Below the pieces are notes generated by a model. That model was given only the letters and a program-made list of their open reading frames with translations. It ran no database searches and was not told where the DNA came from. From NCBI RefSeq assembly GCF_009914755.1, contig NC_060936.1: DNA of 64,000 nt; one strand, given 5' to 3'. The translations under genes and the position numbers were made by a program. Below are positions 1 through 55,836 of the stretch, in pieces; the first letter of the stretch is position 1; the number at the start of each line of letters is the position of its first letter. This DNA comes from the human T2T-CHM13v2.0 reference genome, Homo sapiens.

Positions 1-107
1 ATGAATTGCCTACTTCCGGAATTTTCCATTTAATATTTTCAGACAATGGTTGATATCTGGTAACTGAAACCATGAAGAGCAAAGCCATAGATAAAGGGAG
101 ACTACTG
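1..107 (-). mobile_element. MER44/Tigger7 (TcMar-Tigger) terminal fragment
   Basis: Ends in ...gataaagggagactactg followed by TA, matching the reverse complement of the CAGTAGTCCCCCCTTATC terminal inverted repeat (TIR). Confidence 0.75.
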
Positions 108-109
108 TA

Positions 110-1930
110 TAGAAACCTTCAACGATATATCACCATTCCTCCCCTTTTGGCCTTTGTGCTATTGCTGTCATTGATTTTATTCCTATGTATTTATAATTCT
201 TACAAGATTTTTAAAAAATTTAAATAGTTAATGATCTTCTAAAGGGATTTAAATAATAAGAAAAAAAGCCTTTTATATTTACACATAGAGTTACCATTTC
301 CAGAGCACTTCATTCTTGGTGCATACCCAGATTTCCACATGGTATTGTTTTCCTTCTGTAGTATGCGCCTGTGAATGATAAAATCTTTCAGTTTTTGTAT
401 GTCTCTAAAAGACTTTACTTTACCGTCATTTCTGAAAGATATTTTCACTGGGTATAGAATTCTAAGTTGACAGTTTTTTCTTTTATCTTTTTGGTCCTCT
501 GAAGATGTTGCTACCTTATCTTCTAGCTTGTGTTGTTTCTTATGGGAAGCTGGCTGTCATTCTTATCTTAGTTCCTTTGTAATATATCTCCCCATCCCCC
601 TCTACCCCTGCCACTTTTAAGATTTTCCATTTATCAGTGGTGTAGAGCAATTTGATTATGTACCTTGGTATAGTTTTTTTACTCCCTCACGATTCTTGTG
701 TTCAGGGTTTGTTGGGGTTTTCAGATCTGTGGGTTTATGATTTTCATCAATTTGGAAGATGAAACTCTAAAGCCGTATTTCTTTAAATATTTTTGTGTCT
801 CCTCTTCCTTCAGGTGCTACAATTACGTTCATATTAGGCTATGTGAAGTTGTCCCACAGCTCAATGATATTCTGTTTAACTTTTGTTCAGTATTTTTTTC
901 TCTGTGGGTTTTTTGGATGATCTTTATTGCCTTGTGTCAAGTTCACTAATATTTTCTTCTGTAATGTCTAATCTGCTATTAACCTCAATCAGTGTATTTC
1001 CTTTTTATTTCACATAGTTTTTATCTCTAGAAGTTCAATTTCGGTCGTTTAAATATCTTCCATATCTCTACTTAACATGCTCAATCTTTCCTCCAGCTTC
1101 CTGGAGGAAATAGAATACAGTTTAATAAGTACTTTAATGTCTTATATACTAATTTCATCATTTGTATCATTTCTCGGTTCAGTTTTGTATGATTGATTTT
1201 TTTTCTTCTTTATAGGTAGTATTTTCTTGCTTCTTTGCAAGCCTAGTAATTTTTGACTAGATGCCAGACATTGTAAATTTTACCTCATTGGGTGATGGAT
1301 ATTTTTAGATATTTTATGCTTCTAAGCTTTGTTTTGAGATGCAGTTAATTTAGTTTAATCCTTTTAGATCTTGCTTTTAAGCTTTGGTGGGATTTGAACT
1401 ATCTTTGGAGCTAATTTTCCACTATTCAGGGGAACAACAACAAAACACCTCTTCTGAGTATTCATGAATTATGAAGTTTTTACTCTGGCTGGGGAGAGCA
1501 AGAACTATTTCTGGCTCTGTGAGCCCCACAGAGAAGTCCCTGTGTCTTTTCAGTAGTTCTTTTCCGAGGCTGTGGTAGTTTTTTCACATCCATGGTTTGA
1601 TCAGTCTCAGCTGAAGGCTTGCAGGGAACTCTTTACAGATCTCTGAAGGCTCTTCTCTGTATAGTATTTTAATCTACAAGACTCTGCATTGCAAACTTTA
1701 TCTGTCTTGCTGTCCCCAGATTCCCACCTTCAACTGAGAGAGATTACTGGGTCTGCCTGGGTTCCTGTTCTCTGTATGGTAGGCTGGATAATCCTTCTAG
1801 GCAGTAAGCTGGGGTAATCTTAGGGTTTACCTCATTTATTTGTCATCTCTCAGGGATCATGGTTTTCTATTGCCTAATGTTCAATATCTCAAAACCTATT
1901 ATTTCTTATCTTTTATCTGTTTTTTTAACT
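110..1930 (-). mobile_element. Old L1M (5' region/ORF1) fragment
   Basis: T-rich + strand. The minus ORF 239-448 (KISFRNDGKVKSFRDIQKLKDFI) resembles the L1 ORF1p C-terminal domain (KLSFxNEGEIKxFxDKQxLxEF). Confidence 0.8.
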
Positions 1931-4893
1931 CATTGTTGGGTTGCTTGGGAGTGCTTTAAAAAATCCAGTTTCTTGGAATCTGTATTGGCTAATATGAGGC
2001 CACCTTTGGAGCAGACCCGCATATTACCCAGTGGCTGACGTTATTCCCTCTCTAGCCAGAATGCCAGTATTTTCAGTGAGTGTGTACATTGGAATTTCTG
2101 GTTAAAGAAGTCAGTCACTTCTTCTAAAAATATGAGTGGAAATATAATCATTTGGAGTAGATGGGTTTGCTAGAATTAGGTGGAAGATGTCTAGAAAGAG
2201 TCTATGGAAACCAGGTGAGAATCTAGATTAAGTTGGTATGGCTATGATTTTGGCCAGCAACTTGTGATTTTCTTTCTCTCTTATAACATGATTTTGTAGT
2301 TCATTTTTCTCCACCTTCAGCTCAATGGCCAGATGATGGAGCCTGAGAATCTATGAGGAGTCAGCTCCTGGATCCTCACCAGTTATGCTCTATGGGCTGA
2401 ATCAGTCAGTCAGCGTCTCTGAACCATGGCATCATTACCTGCAGAGAGGGCTTGTACTACACGGGTGCAAAGAGATGGTTGGAAAATGTCTAACAAATAC
2501 ACTTAGATCTGTATTTGAAGCCACTTGTAGTGTGTGGAATTATGGATGCTTAATAAATGCATTCTATGTTTGCAAGATATGTTCTTCTCCTAGAAATCTC
2601 CTTATCTCCCAGGAGATAAGACACTTCTTGGTAAAGACATTTTGAGTACCACTGAACCCTCCAAAGAGTATTGAGTATTATTGAGATTCTGATGATTATT
2701 ATTCCCAATTTTGCTTTTCTTCTGCCACCTCTCTGCCCTCTCAAGGGAAGTGAATGCTCTCTGATCACATGGTGGGAAAGGGCCTCCTTCACTCGACTAT
2801 AATAATAAATTTATGAAGGGCAACATTCACCCAGTTGAAGTGTAAGTGTACCATTATCACATCTTTCTTATCTAGCTTTATACTAAGTATTAAGAGGGAA
2901 ACACAGACATATAAAATCTGGTTACTAGTCTGAAAGAATTTACTTCTTGTTGTAGAAGTAACACCTACAATTGTGAGATAATCTTCAGGAGACAATTTGC
3001 CAGCAAAATAAATAGGAACATAGCCCATAGTTTCAGATAAGCAGATGCCATAGGAGGTCAAAATAGGAGCAGGAGAGACCCAAGCATCAGCGGCTGGAGA
3101 AAATGACTGATTTTCAATGATGGCTACCTTCCTAAAGATATCAATCCCATAATGCCCAGAAAGCTCAGAGGACGAAGGGCAGAACCAAAGGCTTGAGAGT
3201 GCACAATGTGTAAGGGAGGGGCCAGGGCCAAGCAGCCAGCAGAACAGGGCTCTACGGGCAGCCAAAGCCACTGTGTCCTGTGCCACGAAAGGCCCAGAGA
3301 GCATCTAAAGATAGCACCCTGGCACAGAGTCATACGGCGAGAGCGGGAAGCCTGGTACTCCTGTACCACACGCTCGAATTTCCTCTGAATATTTACACGC
3401 TCAGCGTCTTCCAGTCATCACCATAGCCCCACAAAAGAGGCGGGACAGAAAATCATTGCCATTTGGAGAAGAGGAAACCGAGGATAGGGAAGGCTCAATG
3501 GCCTTTGCACAGTGACATGAACAGGGAAGGAGAGAAGCAAGTCCAGAACCCACCGGTGCTGTTTCTGGCTGTGTGCCTACGAAGCGGGTACAGGGAAAAC
3601 TCCTCTGAGGACTCCAGCCTGGGGTAAAGAGAGTCATGAACATAGCATAGGTCCCACAGGGATGATTTGACCCAAATCTGGAACTAAAAGTGTAGTCTAA
3701 CTCCAGGCAAGGTGAGGGTAAGAGAGGACACTGGCTGTGTGTTTCTACACATCTGCCCATAAAAGAGAGTGGAGAGGGAAGCCAGGGCTCCGTAACCCCC
3801 TTCAAGTCAAAGGAGGGGAGGAGGCTCCCTTGCCTTGGGGAGGGAAGAGGGAGGAAGAGGAGGGGAATGCATAGGGAAGTCTGCTTTTAAGCCCATTAAT
3901 GAGGAAGAGCCAAGCATCCAATTAACTTGACATCTCTTGCAGCCAAAATATCTGAGGATATAAGAAGCGAATTTAATATGTGGAGGCTTGGGAGACAAGT
4001 GACTAATAGTGGAAAACAGCCCCAGTTTATTTAAAAAATAGGTCAGGCCCAACAAATCCAATAGATTCCCTCTCAGCACTTACGGATCCAGGAGACAGAG
4101 GGAGTGCTGTGTGGGTGCAATGCCATTTTGATTTGAAGCAGACATTGTTGTTGTACCACCAAGAGACAGCCAGGGCTGGCAGGAGGCGCCTGTGCACAGC
4201 ATGCAGCTGCTGAGGGCGGCCTTCGCGTCAAGCGTCTCAGTGACCCTGGTCAGGACAGCGAGTCCCTACCAGTGACCGGCCCAAGGTCACGAAGCCTGAA
4301 GGTGGCGGCGCCCACACCCAATCCCAGCCCCTCTACTCTCAGAGCTAAAGTGCTCTCTGTGGCCTTGGGTGCCTCTCTTCCAGATGTCCTTGGCCCGGCT
4401 CTGGGAATCTTGGTTGGCTCTGAGATGGCAGCACCAGGCTGCCATCTGAGAGCTATGGCAGAGCTCAGGGCTTCAGCGAGGAAGAGAGAAGGCCTGAAGC
4501 TGTCCTCGGCACTGTCAGGACAGGGTTCCTAGGCACCAGCTGGAGAGCCTGTTAACATGCCCAGTGTTGGGTCTCAGTCCCACCCTGATTTCATTGGTCT
4601 GCGGTGGGCTGGAGATCCACCAGCGACGGCCGACATGGATTATAAAACAGAAACACTGTTTGAAGTCGGAGCCCAGGTTGTTTCTTTCAGAACGTTAATT
4701 TCTAGAGATGTTTATAGATCTCAGGAAAAAGTGTGTCACAGCCATAAATGTGATAGTAGTAGATGCCCTAATTCCTCTTAGAAATTTATATTATATAATA
4801 TTTATATAATATATTTAATACATATACTATAATAAAATCATTTATTTTAGCATTTTAAAGGCTTAAAAGTATTGCAATTAAGAATTCTCTTTA

Positions 4894-5214
<321 letters not shown>

Positions 5215-5287
5215 CTACTTGCCATGGAACCTTTTTCTAGGAGTACCAATTATACAGTATACAATGTGGGAAAATGTTACTCTAGAC

Positions 5288-5448
5288 CAGTGGTTTTCAA
5301 ACTTTATGGTGTATCAGAATCACCTGCTGGGACCCGTCCCAAAATTTCTGATTCATTGGTTTCTGTCCTTCAAGGCCTGGGAATCTGCATTTCTTACCAG
5401 TCCCCAGGTGATGCTGGTGGTCTGGAGACCACACTTCAAGAACCACTG
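5288..5448. mobile_element. MER5A (hAT-Charlie)
   Basis: TIRs cagtggttttcaaa...aagaaccactg; 8-bp TSD ctctagac/ccgtagac. Confidence 0.85.
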
Positions 5449-5891
5449 CCGTAGACCCCTCTGCAAGCCCTGGCTCAGCCGAGGGTCCTGGGAGGCCTCC
5501 CAGAGTGGGAGGGTGGAGACTGAGAGCAGTGGGCAGCAGGAGCTAAGAGAAGGGGTTTCCAGGAAACACAGCCTTGAGAAGGCTTGACTCTAAGGTAAGA
5601 AAACCCTATGTAGGGATGGGCTCTGCCAAGATCCCAGAGTTAGAGTCAGAGATTCTATAAAACAGGGGGTTCCAAATGGGGGACAGCCGACCCTCTGTGA
5701 CAGGCATCAGTGGCTTGCCCCCAACATCCAGGCCTGGAAAAGGCAGATCTGGAGAGCGTCTGTGCCTACGAAGCCAAGTCTTGTGAAGGGCATGAGGCAG
5801 ACGACTGAAGAATAAACCAGAGCAAGCTGGGGAGCCCGGGAGGCCACATGCAGAAGACAACACCGTCTCGCAGGACTGGCAACACCTAGAT

Positions 5892-6097
5892 CAAGCTTGT
5901 CCAACCTGCAGCCTGCACACCGCCCAGGATGGCTTTGAATGTGGCCCAACACAAATCCACAGACTTTCTTAAAATACTATGAGATTTTGTTTGGATTTTT
6001 ATTTTTTAGCTCATCAGCAATCGTTAGTGTATTTTATGGGTGGCCCAAGACCATTCTTCTTCTTCTAATGTGGCCCAGGGAAGCCTGGACAACCCTG
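5892..6097 (-). mobile_element. MER30 (hAT-Charlie)
   Basis: caagcttgtccaacc...ggatggctttgaatgtggcccaacacaaat...tagctcatcagc...tggcccagggaagcc matches the reverse complement of MER30. Confidence 0.85.
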
Positions 6098-7369
6098 ACC
6101 CTCCTCCCCTTTGCCCCCAGACTCTGGGCTTCCAGCCCCGAGGGTAAGAAGCAGCAAGCTAGAGCTACCTACCCTAGCACAGTACACCCCTCTGAGGGGG
6201 CTGACTTCATCTGCCAGCCCCGATGATAAGACAGGGGTGCAGGAGAGTAGAGAGAGGGTGCATGTAGGGCTGTCTTGGCCAAAGGCAGGCAATAAAGCTG
6301 TACTTTTGCTTTCTTAGGTGATAGGAGAGGTCCCAATGCCCAGCAGAGCCCTTGCTTGTCTTGCTGCTGCCTGACATTTCACATAAGAATGTTCTTTTTT
6401 TCTGCAAACCTCTGGTCCCTATCTAAAGGCAGGCAGATGGTTCTGGAAGAGCTAACCCTTTGTGTAATTATGCAGAACGGGAGCCACAGCTTAGATCACA
6501 GCCTGGTGAGTAAACACAGGTTGAAGAGAGGTGTGGTGAGTGTCTAAGGGCGACACTGGGCAGAGGGGCTGGCACGAAGGTGGGCAAGGAGGGAAGAAGG
6601 TGAAGGCGGTGGGCAAAAGAGTGGGGTGAGGCCCAGGCTGGAAGCCTCCTGCCACCCCTACTCTGTCCCCTCCCACTGCGATCCTCTTTCTTCCCTCCGT
6701 GGGCCCTCCAGGCCAGGCAGGCGGCTGCTGAGGACAGACGACTCAGGTTAGAAAAAGCTCTCTTGACATTTGGAGAACAGAGCAGGATTTGGCTCCTCTA
6801 GTGGAGCCTCTTGTTCTCAGGGAAATCATTTTAAAGCTTGGGCTGGTGCCAGCAGGAGCCATTTATAGCCCAAAGGGCTTAGGTTCACTTTGGCTGCCTG
6901 GTGCAGAGAGTGCTGGCTTCCCTCTCCCCTCTGCAGGCTGCCTTCCCCCTTCAGATGTCCAGCACCTTCACTCTCCTTCCTTAAAGCTTCTTTTTCCTCT
7001 CCTCTACCACCTCTTTCCTATTCTCTTGGAGGTTCCAGTTCCAGATCCACCTCCGGACCTAGATTCCCCTAGGTGAGCCTAAACAAATTCCTTTCCTTCT
7101 GTGGGCCTCAGTCTCTCCATCTGCACCCTGACACCTATTGTCTGCTCTCTTTAAACTCTGTCACCTTGGAGAGGTGCCTGCCTGTGCCTACCTCCACTGA
7201 AGCGCTCTCCTCTGTCTAGTTATTGCCTGTTGACTCTCTTTCTGCCCTCAACACTGGGCTTCCTGCCTGGGCCAGCTGTGTTACCCTTTTCTGAGCACAG
7301 GGCCTGGCTCCTGGCAGTAGCTCAGTTAAGCTTGGTTGGGCCGAACTGAGCTAACCATGGCATCAGTTT

Positions 7370-7590
7370 CAAGAGCACAGGTTTTGGCATAAAACAGATA
7401 CTGGTTGACATCTTGGCTGTGCTGCTTGCTATCTCTGGGCCCTGGCAAATGACTGGACTTTGTGAGCTTTAGTTTCCTCATCTGTAAATGTCAGTTACTA
7501 TGAGGATTTCACGAGATGGTGTCTATCTATAAAGTGCTTGGCGCAGCGCCTGGGGCGCAGTGGGCCCTTAGTCAATGTTAGGTCTCATCA
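7370..7590 (+). mobile_element. MIR
   Basis: Core tgagctttagtttcctcatctgtaaatg...tgaggatt...aaagtgcttggc. Confidence 0.75.
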
Positions 7591-8642
7591 CCATCATCAT
7601 CCTCTGCCATCTACCTGCATTTTCAAGGGATGTGGGTTAGGTCAAACATGCTCCCCCAAATCCCCACCCCTGCTTGTGGAAATCCGACCCACCCTTCAAG
7701 GACGAGCTCACAAGCTCACATGCCCCTTCTTCAGGAAGCCAGCTTCCTCCTGTCTCCAGCTCTGCTGCGTCCATAACCTTTCATCTCTGCATTTAGTGGG
7801 CCCGAGGCCTGTTCACCCCAGTAGAGTGGGTAGACTAAGACAATCGCACTTTATTTATTAGGGAGAAAAACTGTGCTGAAGCTGCCCTGGGTAAGGCCAG
7901 TCTGGGGGCGGAACACTGTGTTGGGGGAGTCCTGATCAGCCGCTGGCGTGGTGAGTCGAAGGCAAATCACAAGTATTGACAGTGGAGGGTGATTCTCACC
8001 ATATCAGGGAGGCAGACAACATCGGGAGACCTCCAGCAAGTAACAGGGCCCTGGGCCTGGGCCTTTGGACGGAGGTGGGGAAAGAGCAAGGCAGGGTGCT
8101 TTCTCTGCCCTGGGGCCCAAGAACCCAACAGGACAAGGCTGGAGGCGATGGTGCAGAAACAGGTACCAGAACCGACTCCAGGGCAGAGCAGGCAGGGCCA
8201 GACCTCCAGGGTGATGTGGGCACAGGAACCCTGGAAGGGACTGGGGGCACTGGAATGTCCAGTGGGGAGGGACTTGGGCACAGGGAGCAAATTGGAGGTG
8301 AGAAAGCTGCAGCCATGAGCAGACCAAGACGCTGATGTTGAGAGTCCAGCTGCCCATCCGAGTGTGATTCCAAATCCTTTTGCTGACTTCTCAGACTATG
8401 TATACAAGATTGGAGTTTGAAAGTCACCTTCACTCAGAGACTCTGCTTGCCTGGTGTGGCTTAGGGAGGAGTTGAGCCTTCTGACTTTACGGAGGAGACC
8501 ACTGTCATCCCCCAAGACCTATCCCCTGTGCTCCTCAAGTCTCAAGAGCCTTCAGTTGTGGCTGAACAATCATGTATATCTCTTGGAGATGCATCTGGAT
8601 TCCTATAAGTGTTCCAATTTGCCTGCATAGGATCCATAGAAT

Positions 8643-9190
8643 ACCCATATGTCTCTTGTTTCTTTCACAGGGCTGGCACAGTGCCTTGCTGTTGTAGAAG
8701 TTCAGCAGGTAGTTGTAGAATTTAAAAGCATCACCCCATGTAGCTGAATGTTCAGGGATCACAGGCCACGGCTGCTTCCCACCCACTCCCAGCCTTCAGG
8801 GAGAGGGTATGCCTGTCAGCCAATGGGCAGAGTGCCAGGCTGCAGACCAGGGTCTGGGCCAGTCATTTATTTGTCCCCATGACCTGTGGCTATTGAAATG
8901 AATGCCCCCAAATCCATGCATCCTTTTGCCTCCTGCATGGCACACGGCAGACACTTCATAAGCTGGCTGTTGGGGAGAGTCTCAGGGAGCCCCATGGAAA
9001 AGAGAACCTTGGAATCAGAGTTGAATGACAGCTTATGGGTGCTGGAGGCCCCTGTGACCTTGACCGTGCACAATGCCCAGGCCAGCTAGGACTTTTTCCT
9101 CTCCTTAATATATTTAAATGGAGTCAATACTGGGGTCAGCTTCATGCACACAGCCTTCTTCAGCCCTAGAGGTGAGGTGATCTGCACAGC
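8643..9190 (+). repeat. Copy 1 of a local dispersed direct duplication (homology 8643-8805 and 8973-9190)
   Basis: Aligns with 10886-11265; 10 mismatches over 126 bp in the core (9039-9164). Confidence 0.92.
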
Positions 9191-9369
9191 TTCCTGAGCA
9201 GGGTCCTCCCTGGTGGCTGAGGTGTGGAGGGCCCCAGCCAGGCTGGATGGAGGTTGACTTTGTTTCGGAGCCCTTGCTTGGACACCGGAGTGCAATGCTC
9301 GGGCCACACATCCTTGGAGGAAGGGCAGCCTGGAAGTGGTGGAACAATCTGTCATGATCATATTTTTGT

Positions 9370-10060
9370 GTAATCAAACACTCTTCCCATAATACCTTTA
9401 ATGGCCGCATAGTGTTCTATTGTGTGGCTACACCACAGTTTAATGTCTCACTTTGTGGAACATTTCAGTTGACTCCTACCTTTTGTCACTAAGGACAGCA
9501 TTGTCATGAAATTCTCAACAGCTACATCATTATGATGATCCATGATTCTCTTCTTATGGTAAAGTCCACAGAACTTCAATTGCTGGGTTAACGGATTTGT
9601 GCTCTTTAACACTTCAAGTACATTTTACCAAACGGCCTTTCTAAAAGTCTTGACCTATTTTCATTCCCACTAGAAATGTGTGAAAGGACCTATCTCTCTG
9701 CAACTCTTACATATGCAGAGCTGTGGTTGTTTTGGTGGGAGAAGAGCTTATCTGGTATTTAAAAGCTGTAAGTTTTCTATTTGAATTTGAATTTACCTGA
9801 TTTCTAATGAGGTTAAACATTTTTGTTGCACATCAACCTGCCATTTGTATTTCACATGTACTTGCCTCATGTGGACAGATTATCCAATCCTTTCCCCAAT
9901 ATTACATTGTGGGTGTTCATCTATTTTTGTATTGGCTTGTAAGAGCTCTCTACGTATTAAGGGCATTAACCTTTGTCTGCCACATATGTTAAAACGTACT
10001 TCTCGGTTTATCATTTGCCTTTTAATTTTGTTTATGATATTTATTGTCTGGAACTGCATT
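9370..10060 (-). mobile_element. L1ME-like 3' fragment
   Basis: Degenerate antisense L1 motifs (taatggccgcatagtgttctattgtgtgg, attgctgggttaacgg, cattcccactagaaatgtgtga, aagagctctctacgtattaagg). Confidence 0.7.
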
Positions 10061-10079
10061 AATGTCTTCTTGCTAGACA

Positions 10080-10600
10080 TCTTCTCTTATATGACTCAAT
10101 GACATTTCAAACTCTGCATATCCAAATTGAAATTCATTATTTCCCCCCACCCCAACCTGCTCTGCCTGCTGACTGGCTTATTTTTGTTAATGTCACCACC
10201 ATTTCCCTAGTCACCCAGGCTTGAAATGTTGAAGTCATCTTTGATTCCAGCTCCTCTCTCTTCCCCTACATTTTGTCAGTTGCCAAAGCCTGTAGAGTCT
10301 ATTTCTGCACTTTCTCTGGCAGGCAGCCCCTCGGACACCCCAGTAGTTCAGGCTCTCATTATTTCTTGACTGGACTTTGAACATAGCCTCCAAAGTTCAT
10401 ACTTTGCCTCTCTTCCATTCCCTTCTTTTCCTTGGCCCCTCCTGTGTGCTGCTACCACATCTATCTTCCTAAAGAGGAGCCCAAACACAGAAGTCACTGC
10501 TTCCCTGGTTACAAACCGGCAATAGCTCCCCGTTGTCTTTTGTATTTAATTACGACCTCTTAGCCTGGCCATAATTTCCTTTCAACTGAATCTCTCACTG
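10080..10600 (+). mobile_element. L2 fragment
   Basis: tccaaattgaaattcatt...caccaccatttccctagtcacccaggcttgaaa...gtcatctttgattcc is typical of L2. Confidence 0.7.
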
Positions 10601-10885
10601 TCTCAGCCAAGCTGCTCCCAAACAAACTCACTGCTCTCCCGCCTTTTGGTTGCTCAAGCCGTCTCTTCCTCCACCTGCCAAAATCCGTTCAAAAAGCTCC
10701 CACCTCACCCCACCTCCTGCTATCCCAGGGCTTCCTGACTCTCTGCATTAAAGTGAATTCTCTTTCCTGTGAACCTCCAGAACAATTTGCTTGAACTTCT
10801 CTTGTAGAACAAACCTTATTCCAGCATCTATCAGAGACAATAAGGGTCTTAGAATCTAGAAAACAGGGTCCTGGGAGGGCACAGT

Positions 10886-11265
10886 TCCCACACGTCTATT
10901 TCTTCCACAGGACCTGCACGCTGCCTTGCTGTTGGAGATCTGTGCAGTAGGCAGTTGTGGAATTAAAAGCAACACCCCATGTCGCTGAATGTTCAGGGAT
11001 CACAGGCCACTGCCGTTTCCCACCCACTCCCAGCCTCCGGGGAGTCTTAGCCTGTGGAGTCCCAGGAAGCACATGGAAAAGAGAGCCTTGGAACCAGAGT
11101 GGAGTGACAGCTAAGGGGTGCTGGAGGCCCCTGTGACCTTGACCATGCACAATGCCCAGACCAGCTCCGACTTTTTCCTCTCCTTCACATATTTAAATGG
11201 AGTCGATATTGGGGTCAGCTTCATGCACGGAGCCTTCTTCAGCTTTAGAGGTGATTCTGCAGCCT
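10886..11265 (+). repeat. Copy 2 of the local duplication; lacks the ~170-bp internal segment of copy 1
   Basis: Shares gctgaatgttcagggatcacaggccac and gtgctggaggcccctgtgaccttgacc...tatttaaatggagtc...ggggtcagcttcatgcac with copy 1. Confidence 0.92.
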
Positions 11266-11709
11266 GCACAGGAGTGTGCACTTGACACAGTCTATTTTTA
11301 GCCTCCCAGAGACCGTGACCAACATCCCAAGCTGAGAGTGGGCACACCTGCTGCATTCTAATGAGGCAGCCCCACTCGCCTTTGCCAGCCCGCCCGGGAT
11401 CTCACCGACGTGAAATCTGATGTTGCTAAACTGGGAAGTCTGCTTATTTCCCAAGGGCGGTAGCCTAGATACACTGGGAAGATGGGACCATCCCACTGCC
11501 CCCAGCTCACTCCCCTGCAGCCCTGGACACAGAACAGTCTTGGGACTGCGCGGAGTGATTCCACGGAGGGGTTGAAATAACTTGGCTTTCTTGATCTTGC
11601 TGTGTCCTAGGATTCCCCTGTTTCTCTTGCTAGAAAGGAGACAGTAAGTCTGAGCTGACCCAGCTCACAGACAAGAAAATCGAGACATAGAACAAGGACA
11701 TGATGTATG

Positions 11710-11955
11710 TAATAATCATAAGCACTTACTATGTGCCAGCCTGTTCTAAAGTCTTTCCATATATCAACTCCTCCAAACTTTTGGACAAATTTTTCAGGTA
11801 GGTTTTATTATGATTTGTGTTCTATAGAGGAGGAAAAGCTGAGGCACAGTGATGACAAATTATTTCCCAAGGTCACACAGCCAACAAGCGCTGGGTTTCA
11901 GAGTCAGGCAGTGTGGCTCCAGGGTTTGTACTTTCAGCCAGTTCGCTATCTGCCT
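11710..11955 (-). mobile_element. MIR
   Basis: agcacttactatgtgccag...gaggaaaagctgaggcacag...ttcccaaggtcacacagc. Confidence 0.8.
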
Positions 11956-12574
11956 CCTAGTATCTATTTTTAATTTTACTAGAGCCAGGATAGGACCCAG
12001 GAGCCTGGATTCCCAGCCCTAGAGGACTGACTACTAGATAATACTCCTTTTTTTATTTTTCTAGTTCAGCCCTGCTTTGAGGCCTTTACTGTGCCTTGTA
12101 CATCTGGGTCTCCTGCACTCCAGGCAGAGGAGGTCTCCTGGCATAACTGCTTCTGTTGCAGTGTTTGAGCTTCTGGGCTCCAATTGCTGTCTCTGGGCTC
12201 CAGAAGCTCTGTGGACCCCCATCTCCTTCTCCCTGCTCCGCCTAGCCTGTGGAGGACCAGGGAGCAGACAGTGATGGGCAGCAGCAGTGGGTGTAGAGCT
12301 GGGCTGGGCCTCAGGATTGGGGCACCCAGAAATAGCAATAATTGGTTGTGTGGAGGCCATCAGTGTGGGTATCCACAGTGCTGAATTCAGGGTAGAACTG
12401 TGAATCAGAAACTAGGGGGCAAGACAACAGGTAGGAGACACCAGAACCTAAGACATCTGCATTTTGGGGGCCGTATCCTCTTCTAGCTTGATGCTGCCTG
12501 TTGAGTGGAGAGAAGCCCATGGGTTCACGTTCCTGAGGATGCAGGTGGGACTTCGTTTCCTCTAACAAACTCTT

Positions 12575-12935
12575 ACTATATGCCTGGCCCTTTTCTAAGC
12601 ACTTTGAAATACAAACTTGTCTAATCCTCAGGACAACTCTAGGAGGCAGGGACCATTTTATTCCCATTTTAGAGAAAAGGAAACTGAGGCACTGAGAAGT
12701 TCGTAAGTTTGCCCAAAGTTGTATAGCTGGGAAATGGCAGAGCTGGGATTCAGCTCCGGAATCTACACTCTCAGGCACCATGCTGTGCTATGCATCTTTC
12801 CCTTTATTGAATGTTTCCTATTTGCCTTCAAAGGAAGATACTATTTTCCCCATTTCACAGATACAGAAACTGAGGCCTGCATTGCTCAGGTCACCTAGCT
12901 AATAAGAGCTGAAGGTGGGTGAAATCTAGGTGTGT
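12575..12935 (-). mobile_element. Two adjacent MIR fragments just upstream of exon 2
   Basis: cccattttagagaaaaggaaactgaggcac and ccccatttcacagatacagaaactgaggc cores. Confidence 0.75.
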
Positions 12936-13121
12936 GTGGCTCCTCGGTGGACTGCCATCTCTGGACAGATCACAGCCATGAGCCCAACTGCTGGGAGCTG
13001 GAAGGGCTCACCTACCTCCCTTTCAGGAAGGGCTGCTGTGGCTGCTTGAGGCCGGGCTCAGGGAGGGGGAAGGAAAGAGGACCGCAAGCCTCCGAGGGCG
13101 GGACCCCGTTGTCTCTCCTAA

Positions 13122-55836
<42,715 letters not shown>

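Noticed and set aside
239-448. ORF resembling L1 ORF1p
   Set aside because: A short remnant of a decayed L1, not a gene.
2789-3304. Longer orphan ORFs (171 aa here; also 16091-16633 and 26520-27080)
   Set aside because: No recognisable domain, often non-AUG starts, low-complexity composition; lengths attainable by chance in 64 kb.
4495-4520. Possible REST/RE1 sites (also ~15470 and ~26805)
   Set aside because: Only half-sites, or at least three core mismatches to TTCAGCACCnnGGACAGCGCC.
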